The notes: a model not told the origin generated them from the letters alone. Counted from the whole stretch's first letter, positions 24,401 to 36,207 are shown. The stretch: DNA of 62,604 nt, filler included, from Klebsormidium nitens (GCA_000708835.1; 4 parts of 4 records of this genome joined end to end with filler, not necessarily neighbours in it), one strand, 5' to 3'. Numbers and translations are program-made.

Positions 24401-27400
24401 TACGGCGAGAGTCGTTTGACTTCGCGTAGGGCGCCGCCCTCAACAAAATCCATCCGGGTGTTTCTTTCTTCCATAGCAGGCGCGACCGGAGCACGGCTTT
24501 GAACAAAAGTACGGCTAGAGATTATTCGACCCCGCTCAAGGCCCCTCGTACTAGAGATTCAGTTCGATGGCAGGCGAACATTCGGAGCACGAATGCAGAG
24601 AGGAGCACAGCGAGCAGGCGTTCGACCCTGCGCAAGGCCCGGCCCCCTTGCAAAGCTCAAATAACTCAGAATCAGCTCACTCCGTGTATTGTTCTCTGCT
24701 CTCAGGCGAGAATCCGGAGCACGGTTCTGGGGAGGAGTACGTTTTCGACCCCTCGCAGGGCCCCGCCCTATGTTAAGAACAAACATCCAGATCGTCTCAC
24801 CCGCTCCCTTAGACCCGGACTTGGATCCGACTACTCTTTCTCGATTCCTAACTTGTTATCCAGCACGTCTTATAAGGTGTACTCTTTCTCTGCTGGCAGG
24901 CGAGAACCCGGAGCACGGTTTCGAAGAGGAGTACGGCGAGGAGGCGTTTGACCCCGCGCAGGGCCCGGTGGTGTTCCACCCGCCGCTGCTGCACGAGCCG
25001 TGGATGGCCAAGTACGAGCACCGCCAGCTGGAGAAGCTGCTCGCGCACTGGGAGGACCTCAGCGGGGAGCTCAAAGTCGACTTCTCGCGCGCGGGGCCCG
25101 AGATTAACAGCAGCCGCGAGGCCTGGGAGCGAGGTGGGTTTTTGGGCATTTGAGTTCTAGGGCTTTAGGGTTTCGAGGTTTAAGACTGTTCAGATTTCTA
25201 GGGTGCTAGTGGCTTCCGGAGCACGCGGTGTGTTTATGGGTTTGGTCGGCGTCGCAAATCAAGCCTCGAAGTAGGCTCGTTGACAGCGCCTTATCTAGAT
25301 GAGAAAGAAGCTATTGAGGGGAGCGCGAAGTCGACTTCTCGCCCGCGGCGCCCGAGACTCTCAGCACACGCGAGGCCTGGGAACGAGGTGCGGGGGGGGA
25401 TGTGTGGGGCTTTGCTTGGCGTAAGCTTTTGGGCAGGCAGTGTAGATTGATAAGATCTTGCGCGCGGGGTCTGACGGCAACAGCAGCCGCAAGGCCTGGG
25501 AACGAGGTGCGATGAGGACCCTCTATGGTCATTATTCTGCCAAACAGTTCTGGGCACGCGGTATGAGTAAGGGTTTGGTTGGTGACGGGGATCAGGCCTC
25601 GGAATAAGGCTACTGTTAAGCAAAAAAATCGGTGCAGAAGAGGTGATGTTAGTGGAGCTGTCAAGAAAAGGCTCTGCTTGCAAAGGCCGCCCCAATAGTT
25701 CTGTGGACTTTCGAAACGACTCCCCTTTCCAACTTCGTAAAGGTGGGCAGTCGCCGGCGAGAATTTGCCTCTGCAGCCGGAGATTGCGTTTTTCACAAAG
25801 TCACAACGCATGCGCAACGGTCATAGACAAAAAGATAGCACTAGCTGCTCAAGGCCTACACCTCACTTGGACTCGGAGTCCTGCCGGATCTGCTGCTCTG
25901 GAGAGCCCTGTCTGGTGGTCTCAAGTTTCAAACGGACTTTTGGGGTCTGTTAACTTAACTTCGACTGTTTGCTAACCACGGCTTTTTCCACCTCACGCAG
26001 GCGTGTACGAGAACAGCTTCGAGAACATCGAGGCGCTTCTGAAGCTGCCGCCCCCTCAGCCTGTCACGTCCAGCGCCCCCGCCAATGAGCCCTCCCCTGA
26101 GCAAGCAGAAAGCAGCAAAAGGCCAAAGCCGAACCCGGGCGCTGAAAGGCCCCGGGCGAATAAAGGCAGCCCCCTTCTGGCACTGCCGAATCTGCTGCTG
26201 TTCGACATTCTGAACCGATGCACGGGTAAGGGTTCTACCCGGTTGGGTGCCTTTTTTTGATCTTTTTCCTACCCAACAGCAGTGCGAAAAGTACTGCTGT
26301 TGACAGATTGCTCGGAATGGCGCTGAAGGAACACCTAGGGTGCCTCCTTGAGTGCATGGTGACGTCAATGCCGTCCCTTCACTGGTGGGCCGCTCGACCG
26401 TTGCTCCAGGCTTTCAAGCCCACTGTGACAGACAGAGCTCGCGTTTCGGAGCCTAAGGTTACGTATGGTGCACGTCATCCTAGTGGGCTAGTCACTCACA
26501 GGTCAGACGTGTGGCTGTATACACTACTTCCTTTCCCTTTGAAGGACAGGAATAAAGCGGCCCTACTAATCGCTCTCAAAAGTCCTCAAGACAACCACAT
26601 CGCGCTTCAGACCCTGATCCCTCCCCTTTCGACAGGCGAGGCTCTGGCCGCCGCCGCAGCCACGTGCACCACCCTGGAGCGCACCATCGCGCTGGGGGGG
26701 GTCTGGAAGCACGCGTGCCTGCGGGACTTCGCCCCCCCCGGGCCGGCCACTCCGCTCCCCGACGTTCCCCCTCAGGAGTGGGGTCAGGCGTACCGTGAAC
26801 TGCGCAGTCTCGCGAAGATGGGGTGGGCGGAATGGGACGTGAACCCGATGCGCGCACAAGCCGCGTGGCGCGAGAAGAGCGCGGAGAATGGGCTGGAGTA
26901 CGCGAAGAACGTGCCGCTGCCGTGCGACAGGCACGCGAACGCGGTCTTTGGGGACAAGGTGAGCAGGACTTTGCGAAGCGTGGATTCGCAGCCCTGCCGT
27001 TCGATACGACGTTAGGACTGCAAAGTCAGTTCTAGAATTTGCAAGCGTTGGAAGGAGAAGTTCTGATACTCGCTTATCAATCGCCCTCAACACTGCTGAC
27101 AATTGGACCGTAATAGGAATTCAAAGCGAGACACGCAAGCGAATGTCTTTCCGGAATCCCTTGGAGAAGATGCAACTCGGTGCAAGATTGAAACCTCGCA
27201 CATGCAGCTGGTCCTTACCGGCGGCACCCCCCACAAGGTGGGCCTTGTCGCCGTTATTAATTGTGACAGGGCAGACAGAGATTTCACTGCTTCAAGAAAA
27301 ATGATACTCTGTGGTCAAAAGGTAGGCCTCTCAAGTCGAGCTGTTCCGCCATTCGCTGTAGATTTGACTTGCACGAACCCTTTTCTTATCGTTGCCGCAG

Positions 27401-28873
27401 CTGATTCTAACGGGCGGCACCCGCCACAAGGTGGGCCTGGCCGGCACGTTCGTCTTCGACTTCCGCGCGAAGCAGTGGTCCAAAGTGCCCACCAAGCTGC
27501 GCCGCCGCTTCCTAGACGGCGTCACCGTCAAAGCCGTCGACTGGGAGCTCCCGGCGCGCCGCGGCCACACGATGACGCCCATCAACGGCCACGAGGCGCT
27601 CATCCTGTTCGGCAAGCGCGGGCTGACGCCCGCCGAGCTGCAGCGCGTGCGGCGGGCCTCGCAGCGGGCCGGGAATGCGCCGAACGACTTGGACGCGATC
27701 CAAGCGGGGTGGGCGCGCGCGAACGAAGAACTGGACGCAATCTGGGGCGCGGAGGCGCTCCACGGGTTATGCGCCGACGCGTACGTCTTAGATGTTGACA
27801 CGTGGACGTACGAGAAGCTGGAGGCGCGGGGGATCCCCCCGGCGCCCCGGAAGGGCCACACGGCGGTCGCGCATCCGGACGGGAAGTCGGTCGTCGTTTT
27901 CGGGGGCCTGCTGAGCTCGAAGGAGCGGGTGGTCGCGGACGCCGACGAGCAGTGTATTTCCACCGCGGGGCTGCACGTGCTGGCCCAGGAGTGTGAAAAG
28001 GGGCGCCGGGTGTGGGTTTGGCGGGAGGTGGAAACTACCGGGGAGGCGCCGCATGAGCAGCATGGGCACGGCGCGTGTGTGGTGGGCGACCGGATGATTG
28101 TGCTGGGCGGCCGAGAGGGTACCGGGCGGAACGCCGGAAACCGTGTAAAGGTAAGGATTGAGCCCTAGCCCGCCACGTGCTAATCACAAATTAGGTTCCC
28201 TCGTTCGAGATCTTGACTTCTGGGCTGTTTGATAAATTTTGCTTACTTCAGTCCAGGAAGAAAGCGATACAACGTCCCACCGCTTTGGTGGGACGTTGTA
28301 TCGCTTTCGTGGTACTTTGGTCGGGCTCGCGTACAGAAATTGTTTCGACACGTTTCAAGGTCTGGTCTGTCATTTATCTGTGAGCAATTCCTCGAGTTTG
28401 AGAACCTTGCTAGGAACCCGGACCTTCCAGAATAATTTCCACAAGTTGACCGTTTTCCCCTTATCCTGTCTGTTTTCTGCCAGCTATGGAGTCTCAACTT
28501 GAAGTCGATGCACTGGTCCCAGCCCCCGGTTGACCAGTCGGAGTCGCCGCCCGTCCTTCGCCTCTACTGCGGAGGCCCAGTTGTTGTGGGCGACAACGTC
28601 ATCCTAGTTGTCGGCGGCGTTCGCGTTGTCTACTTCAACCTGCGAGACTCTAAATGGCGGTACGAGGACTATAACAGCGAGCTTCGGGTCAAAAGCTTCG
28701 ACGTCGAGAGGAACGTCACTCATTCCAGAGCTCCGGTTGCGAGGGCGGGCCACACGCTAGCGCGATACGGTTTTTCCATCTACATGGTGGGGGGGGATGT
28801 GAAGAGCCACAATGTGTTCGAGAACATGCCGGTCCTTGACCTGCTGGGTTATGATGTCACGCCGAGGGCCTGA
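21462..28873 (+). CDS. Nucleotidyltransferase (Pol-beta fold) + F-box + Kelch repeat fusion protein (about 960 aa)
   Basis: Nine exons in consistent phase: 21462-21689, 22510-22824, 23217-23371, 23681-23943, 24900-25133, 26001-26225, 26636-26958, 27401-28150, 28484-28873. NTase motifs: VAGGQVLACL..SDIDIF, FDVDCCCVAFD, FENRLLKYSRRGF. F-box: LLALPNLLLFDIL..ALAAAAATCTTL..VWKHACLRDF. Kelch: PPAPRKGHTAV..VVVFGG, HGHGACVVGDRMIVLGG, RAGHTLARYG..IYMVGG. Confidence 0.8.
24120..24770 (+). repeat. Array of six degenerate copies of the acceptor plus first ~65 nt of exon 5 of the NTase-F-box-Kelch gene
   Basis: Copies start at 24127, ~24258 (acceptor lost), 24372, 24480, 24574 and 24706. All resemble cag|gcgagaacccggagcacggtttcgaagaggagtacggcgaggaggcgtttgaccccgcgcagggccc at 24900. 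Confidence 0.9.
25328..25512 (+). repeat. Two degenerate copies of the 3' end plus donor of exon 5
   Basis: aagtcgacttctcgc...gcgaggcctgggaacgag|gtgcg (25328-25392) and ...cagcagccgcaaggcctgggaacgag|gtgcg (~25456-25511) versus the real ...gcgaggcctgggagcgag|gtggg ending at 25133. Confidence 0.85.
27201..27338 (+). repeat. Degenerate copies of the acceptor and start of the Kelch exon (27401)
   Basis: catgcag|ctggtccttaccggcggcaccccccacaaggtgggcctt (LVLTGGTPHKVGL) versus the real LILTGGTRHKVGL. A fainter copy (MILCGQKVGL) lies at 27301-27338. Confidence 0.8.
28260..28308. other. Perfect 22-bp inverted repeat with 5-nt loop (intronic hairpin)
   Basis: gaaagcgatacaacgtcccacc-gcttt-ggtgggacgttgtatcgctttc. 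Confidence 0.95.
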
Positions 28874-29393
28874 AGGGGTGATTAAGACAAGCAGACGTAA
28901 AATATGGTTTGAATAAAGAGGCTGTCCATGTCAGGTTGCATAAGGTTGTTCGGACACTTGTTTCTCATGCCGCAGCTTCTTGTGTTTGCTTGACCTGCAT
29001 GTTTATATAAACACAATCCAAAGTGAAAATAGAAGGTTCGCCGTGCTTGAGCGACAGAACACGAGGACAATTCATGTATTTTAGATTGGTCACTTCCATC
29101 ATAGAAGTCCAGAATCATTTCAATCCGGTGCCAGGTGGAGAACGTCTTGATCAGATGCGACTCTCCGTTGATCACATCCTTCCGTGCATGTGTTCCATGT
29201 TACAGAAATGTGTCTACGGCCTTGATTGACTTCAGTCACTTAATGCACTTGCACATGAATGCACCGGACTTGTGTGAGCGCTCGAATCAGGAAGTCCGCA
29301 GGATTTTGGACTGCATTTATAAGCTTAAAATCTGTACGAAAAATGCCTCACAAAGGTTGCGAGATTTGGCTCGACTGGGCCCGCGTGCGGCGC

Positions 29394-29493
29394 NNNNNNN
29401 NNNNNNNNNNNNNNNNNNNNNNNNNNNNNNNNNNNNNTTAATTAATTAANNNNNNNNNNNNNNNNNNNNNNNNNNNNNNNNNNNNNNNNNNNN
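29394..29493. other. Artificial contig-joining linker N44-TTAATTAATTAA-N44
   Basis: Same 100-nt structure occurs three times; the 12-mer places stops in all six frames. Confidence 0.95.
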
Positions 29494-30203
29494 CAAGAGA
29501 ACGGACGTTGGCATGTCAGGCAGCAGTCGACATTCCCTCGAGGACGACGAACACGTGGCAACTTGCCATTGTTGCAGATGGTCCTGCTTGCTCCCCGGTG
29601 CTGACATCTGTTCCATCAGCAGAAATTGTGTCAAGTAAGCCTCAACTGTGACGTCAGCTTCCTTGAATCGTCCGGCATAGGTATATTGAGCAACTAAGTA
29701 ATAGCAAGGCTACACTGCAATGCATGGTTTAATAGCCGTCTAACTACGAATGGTTAAAGACACCTCGATTCCGCTCGCTCATTCCGGCTCGATTCCGTTA
29801 ACTTCTCAAGTCCGACGGAACCGTGATCCTGCGGGATTCTGCTCGATCATATTGCAATCTCCACGTGTCAACAAGTAAGCGGCCGCCATGTGGCGCCTAA
29901 GTCGTCTAAACTCGCTGGAGGTGACAACTGGCAATCAGAATTCAGGTCACCTACTAGGTGTCCTGCAAATCACTCCATTCTGGCGGGCCGGCCTGCAAAC
30001 TTCAAAGGAAGGTCTTTTGAGGGCCTTCCTCCTGCGCACTTCTGCCCATATTTTCTCTTCGCTGAAATTACGGCAGTCAGCTATTGCACTTGTGACCAAC
30101 GGAAATCATAGGCGCATTTGAAACGAGTGTCCTTGAAACTTCTGCGAAAGAGCCGGTCTGCAAAGCAACTGATTAGTCTGTGTGGCGCTTCCCGCATATA
30201 AAG

Positions 30204-32425
30204 ATGGCACAGCACGTCGCCGGCAGTCAGAAGGTCGTCGAAGGCGCAGCCCCAGGGCTGGTTCACAACGAGCAGCGGGTTGAGCACGGTTTGCAAGGTG
30301 GACCGGCAACTCACGCCGGTATGGTCCCTGAGCCTGGAAGTGGGGGCATGGTAGGAAGTGTTGCAGGCCCCTCTGGTCAGGCTCCACATGGGATGGCAGC
30401 TCACGAACAGGCTATCCCAGCTGAGACAGCAGTGCCTGTGATAAGCGCAGAAGAAAGGGAGCGGCAACTGGCGGCCGAAGAAATGAGGTAATATATGCAG
30501 CTTGAGAATGTAGCTTGCTTGGTGCATTGCAAGGTGCTCCATGGATGTAATTGTATGTTTTCAACACCTTTTTCTGCTTAACCAGAGTGGATGTATCACA
30601 AGGTTGCAACTTCCAAGACTTACAGAACATCTTCTTTGGCTCCACTCTTAGATCCAGGGTTCACAAAGAAAATTGGAGATCAACTAATGTTCTTGCTCAC
30701 TTTTGCATCTGCAAGCTTCATGAAATCGTTGGGAAGATTTTTTCGTTTTAGCCATGGTATGCATCAATGGACATCAGTGGACTCCCACCCACTTCAAACA
30801 CTCTTGAAAGTAGCATTGGAAGTCTGACAGGTGACGCAGAAGGTAGCGTCTTGGAGGTAAAACGAACAATGTCAAAACATTTGGAAGCCTCATTCTGCTT
30901 TCTAATCTAAGCTCTGATTTTCTCTCTTGTCAGGTTGAGGGCAAAAGAAGAGAAGCTGACAAAGCACGCTGACGCTTATGTCGAGAAGAAGCAACGAGAT
31001 GCTCAGGCCCATGTACAACACGAGATTGCCAAGGCGGACAAGAATGCAGAGAAGGCCATCTCAAAAGCAGCTCACAAAGAAGCAACTGTAAGCTCTCCAC
31101 AAACTCTTGAAACATGAAGGCTATGGGAATGAACAGTTGTCGCTTGAATTTGATGTGGATCTCTACCCCTGACCTGGTTTCATGTGAAGGTCCTAAGCCA
31201 GTCACGAGAGGTTCCTTTTCAATGCAGGTTGCCACTTGCAAATCGATTTCAACTGTTGGTTTGCCAGATGAATACTTGGACGCATTTTGCCAATGGAACG
31301 ACGCTTTGAGGACTGCAATGATAGTCAAATATCATCTTTTCCCAACAAACTATACTCTACCCTATTTACGGCTGGTCGTTAAAATGGACTTTAGGTCTCG
31401 GAAAGGGAGAAGTCACACTGTTTACACCAGCGCCTTAAATTTTTGTGAACTCTGCCCGTTTAGATTGTGCCTTAGGCCCTTCTTCCACCTAGCGGTCGGT
31501 CTTCGTAAATTGGAAAAACAAAGACCAGCTAGAAAGACCGAGGACTGTGAAGGTAGCCAATAGGATTCCAGAGAATTGTAGACCGACCACCGCTTGATGG
31601 AAGGGGCCTCCGGTCTTTCTTCGGGTCGGTCTTCGTTGTTAAAATGGAGGCACCAGTGCAGACAGGGTACCCAATCATTTGGTTTCGAGCCCCCACGGTG
31701 CGCACCGTCTTCTGATTGGCTGAAAGCACCGATAGGTTCGGAAGACCACTGGGGCATTTTCTCTACCGCTGGAGTCCAGGACTCCAGCGGTAGAGAAAAT
31801 GCATTTTCTTGACCGCCGACGTGGCACTTATAATTCGGAAGACCGGTCAGTCAAAGACCGGTTCACCGCAGAAATAGGGTGTTTCAGCCAATGGGAATTT
31901 AGGGAACGAAGACCGACCGCTAGATGGAAGAACCCCCTTAGGTTATTTTGTTTGCTTCGATACTTGCTTTTCAGCAGGACTGTGGAACGCAGGAGCTCTT
32001 GTAGCTCCACCAAATGCTATGGGTCTCCTTCGTTTGCTTGGACGTTTGAGAATGCTTATATAAATATAGATTTTGGATCTTTCTTGACTTCATGAAAGAC
32101 AGCATCCTGCAGAATGTTTGGCCGTCTCAGGTAATACTTGTGTGTGCATCGACCTCAGACGGAGAGGCTGGCAAACAGTAGTTAACAGAGGGAGTAATTT
32201 ATGCAGGTTCACAAGAAGGTGGAACAAAAGCTGGCACAAGCTGAGCAGGACCGGAAGAAAGCTGAGATCGATGCCGAGCACAGGGCTGCAGAGAAGAAGG
32301 CCGAAGCTCAGCAGGAGGCAGAGGAGATGATTGCGGCTGCAAAAGAGAAGGCAGAAGCCATCAAGAGAGGCGACGAAGTTCCAGAAAAGCCCTCGGCAAT
32401 CAAGAAGATTTTCGGTATGGCGTAG
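30204..32425 (+). CDS. Remorin-like coiled-coil protein (about 218 aa)
   Basis: Exons 30204-30487, 30934-31087 and 32207-32425 are in phase. Disordered N-terminus followed by a K/E/A-rich coiled coil ending RAAEKKAEAQQEAEEMIAAAKEKAEAIKRGDEVPEK..KKIFGMA, resembling the Remorin_C pattern. The gene model is firm; the family call is moderate. Confidence 0.6.
31475..31937. mobile_element. Tourist-like (PIF/Harbinger) MITE, 463 bp, in intron 2 of the remorin-like gene
   Basis: Imperfect TIRs GGCCCTTCTTCCACCTAGCGGTCGGTCTTCG ... CGAAGACCGACCGCTAGATGGAAGAACCCCC, flanked by TTA at 31472-74 and 31938-40. Internal copies of the GAAGACCG motif. Confidence 0.8.
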
Positions 32426-33889
32426 GGTTGCAAGGTTGAGAAATGTTGAAGGTATGTTACGGTAAGACGTGGTAGCTGACTATTTTATACAGTACAGGTG
32501 TTCATTCACAGCTTACAAGATATAAGTATCTATGCTCGTTTTATTAAAGTTCTGTAGTTGATTAGGTTTTCTGGAATTGAAGAGGACTGTACCGAATTTT
32601 TATCAGTTGTGGAGCATAAGTTGATGCCACGTTGCACTGCAGACCCATCTAGGCTGGAGACAGGGGCATTTGCGGCAAAACTATACTTTCGAAGTTCATC
32701 AATTTTATTAACAACGGCTGATGAAGTGCACACTGACACAATGCAAAGCTGTGGCAGCCAATTGCAGAGGAAGTATTGCTTTCAGCAGACATTGTGCAAT
32801 TCTCACTTATTAGCAAGGACTTTTGTGACCGAGACGTTTCGTTGGCTGCGGGGTCTCTAGCTAGCTTACGACTCTTCATCGGTCACGTGTGCATTGCAAG
32901 TACAACGCACCAGAATACCAGAGAGCTTGACAAGAAAAGCTGGCTGTTTGACGCATGCACACAATTGACTGCATTGCACATACACCTTTCATGACAATGT
33001 TCAATACCTGATCCAATCTGGTAGGCCTGAGATCGTTTTGCAGAATCGGTGAAACCAAAGCCCGGCAAAGATGGTCGTTCACGTTCGAAACATCAATTCG
33101 ACAAACTTAAGCATCCGGCCACTTGGCCAATTCATGATAACTAGTGCAATCAAGTGCACATTAACTGTGACTCAAACCCTTAACAGAAAGCTTCGAATAT
33201 TCTTGTAGATCCCGCACATATATATAGAGATGTGAAACTAGGTACACATGAACAGGACTTGAAGATATACGCAGCATGATTGAATTTAATGGCTACAACA
33301 ATTGTCAAATTGCAACTTCGCACGGAGCTGCCGCGGTTCGTGTTGGAATGTTAATGTTAAGGTTCAGATGCGCTGCATGGCGGCAAGCCTTAATAGAGTT
33401 CCTTACACGAATTTGAAAGAGTGGAGTACTCAGTATCATGCAAGTTCGATCAGAGTTCAAATTGATTGGCGGCAGTGTTTGCACATGTTTGATAGGCAGC
33501 TACTTTAGTAGCTCGCCGAGACTCGTCCATGATACAACTCGTGTTGTATGTGGCAATCTTGAGAATTACTTGAACAAGGACCGGATCATCATTGACACGC
33601 TCGACGTACAAAAAGAAAATCCATGCCCTGGAAGCGATCGATTCTACTTCCAAACAAGGAGACGTTCTGTTGTTGAACTCGTAGCATAATGGCCGACTCA
33701 GATTGACTTCGCGCACTTCTTAGATGATTCTTTCTCATTCTGCGCGACCCAGCGACTTCTCTAAATCGAGGACGTCGCCAGATTGCGCAATTACATCCGA
33801 CTTGAACTCTTGTCCTTGCAGTTTCGATCTGATAGTTCCATTCTGCTTGATTGTGGCATCTCTACAACTGGCACATGTCAAGACACTAT

Positions 33890-35010
33890 TCAAGATACAC
33901 GATGTCCAATGATTCTCAGGAAGCTAGTTGTACGCAAATCCCGCGTGCTGATCCTCCACTCTCCGCCACTGTCCCTCACGACTTCGTCATAGTAAACCCC
34001 GTGGTACAGGTCTATATTGGTGCTGTTCCTGACAAACTGCGACGCGGTCAGGTAGGACACCATCGTTCCAGCCTGCTTGCTGTCGTCAAGCTCGATTCGC
34101 TGATTCCCTACCATGTGATGTGTTGCAGAGTAATTTCCGGCGGCAAAGAGAGCGGAAGATGTTTGTGCCCATTCGACTGGCCCCGTCTTGTTTAGGCACT
34201 GACCCGGAGCAAAGCACGTGCCAATGCTGGCATTGGGTGTGAATACCTGTTGCAGGATTGCAACCCCGGCATCGAAGTTGCCTGCAGATTCATCGCTTCA
34301 GAACAAGTCAATTCTTCTTGAGTACACGAAGGCTAGGATGGTTCATTAAGCTGCCCAACGAAGATAGAACAACCTGATCAAGAAAGGAGAAGAAGGAAAA
34401 GTAGGAGAATTCCAGCAGTAGCAAGCAAAGAAGCTGGTGCACTGATGAATCAAAAGTCTTCAGAAGCGGCCAACTGACCATGGGAAAGCGTAATGACATG
34501 GTGAAGAACAAAAGACAGTGGACTAGCCAATTCTGAACGGAGTCCAGCACTTGTATAAATATGACAAGCTTCTCAGCCAGCCCTTCCTGTAAATCCGTGA
34601 CTTAGAACAGGCACACAGTGGCGGCAGATTCTGGGGTGTCGAATGAGAGCAATGGAATGCTTAGTTGAGGCTTTCATAAGTCCTTTTTCGATTCCTTCAA
34701 GAATATGTATCTACTTTAGCACTGAGGTTCATGGGCTGCTTTGTAGGCTTTTCCTTGAATTGCATACAACCGAGAAGCGATTTCTTCCCTGAGTGGCCAG
34801 CTTACCTGGAGCAAGGCTGTCGATGCCATACGCATACAGGACCGCAAGCTTTGAGATAGCCGCTTCATCATAGACCTGGGAGTCACAGCTGCCATTCACA
34901 GACCCCCCTTCAGAATTGGTGCTGCAAGCCACACTTGCAGAGGCCAGAATAAGCACAAAGGTGCCCACCATTCTCAGCGCGTTTGACGGACCTTCCATCG
35001 AGGCTGCCAT
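33890..35010 (-). CDS. SnoaL-like / NTF2-fold protein with N-terminal signal peptide (about 198 aa)
   Basis: Exons 35010-34806 and 34281-33890 in phase 1. Reads EAAISKLAVLYAYGIDSL..G..FTPNA..EWA..THHMVGNQRIEL..MVSYLTA..HGVYYDEVVRDSGGEWRISTRDL, the SnoaL_4 pattern. Confidence 0.75.
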
Positions 35011-36207
35011 TGCGTTGACCTGCCAGCAGTTTCAGCATCTACTAATCTGCTCAAGTGGCGATGGCCAGCTGCTCTGCATGCGATAGTACTGGTGAGCTTC
35101 CTAAAACTAGCTGCACAAGACAAGGATAAGGGTATGCCAGTGATCAAAGAAGCGGTCCAAGTCTGCTTGGCAAGAACACTAAGATGCTGAAATGGAAACG
35201 CTATGCTCCTTGGGAAGCTGTCGTTGGTGGTAGCTTCTCTGCTGAATTGTGTTGTATCAGGGTTTGAACTCGGTTTGAAGTGGTCAACGCTAGGCGGAAT
35301 GCGGCTAGCGTTCACAGCTGGAAACGAGCAGCTGCCAGTTTGATCAACAGGCTACAAGCACCCCCATACAGTATATCACATGGCCTCTGTGAGTCGGCAC
35401 CAATAAAGGACCATTAAAATGGTGACAGCTTGTCAGCTCAGATGGGATGGCATTATTGACCGGATTCCGACGGCCCGCCCACGGCGGCGTCGGAGAAGGC
35501 AATGATTGGTTGGAAAGTCTACCCGAATTCGCAACCGTTCGATAGGGCGAATCTGGAGAAAAGGAACACGATCGGCAGTTGTCGATTTCGGAAGCAGTCA
35601 CGTGAGCAACCCACGTCCGCTGTGGAAAAAGCAAAGCAACGGCGACAGAAGCCCCAGAACCGCAACTTGACGACTCCGAATCATGCGAAGCCGGATGTCA
35701 CATCTCACAACTTGCAGTGCAGTGTGCACATGCGACATGGCTCAATACGTGCAGCCAGCGAGTCCTGCAGACATGTGAGATCCGGAACGCGTGAAAGCAA
35801 TCATGCACGCATGATGGCGTGTGACCTTCGAGCGCACCACATGATAGGGATGGGATTTGCACAGAAGACTAATAGGAGACTTTGGCGGCCTGTCAGGGCA
35901 GGAGAAAATTGCTTACTCCGTCTAAATTGACAAGTTCGAGACTATTAAGGTCAGCTATCGTCAGTCCTCTGCCTTTGCCTTTCCAAGCACGTTCTTGACG
36001 AGCACCGACTAGCTGATCTTTGCATTTCGATGATAAGAGCCGATCCTTGATGCCTGCCTTCCTATACAAGCAGGCAGCTTCTTCACCAACGGCGCGCTTT
36101 TCAAGCCAACTAACCTACAATACCGTTTTTAAGCTGTCTTGTTCCTGACTGCAAAAGCGCATGCGTTTGATCTCTGCCTGAACGGGAGATACCTAACAAC
36201 AAAGCTA

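Noticed and set aside
24120-24770. Repeat-spacer appearance resembling a CRISPR array
   Set aside because: Eukaryotic context, degenerate repeats that match the adjacent exon, spacers that are intron polypyrimidine tracts, and no cas genes.
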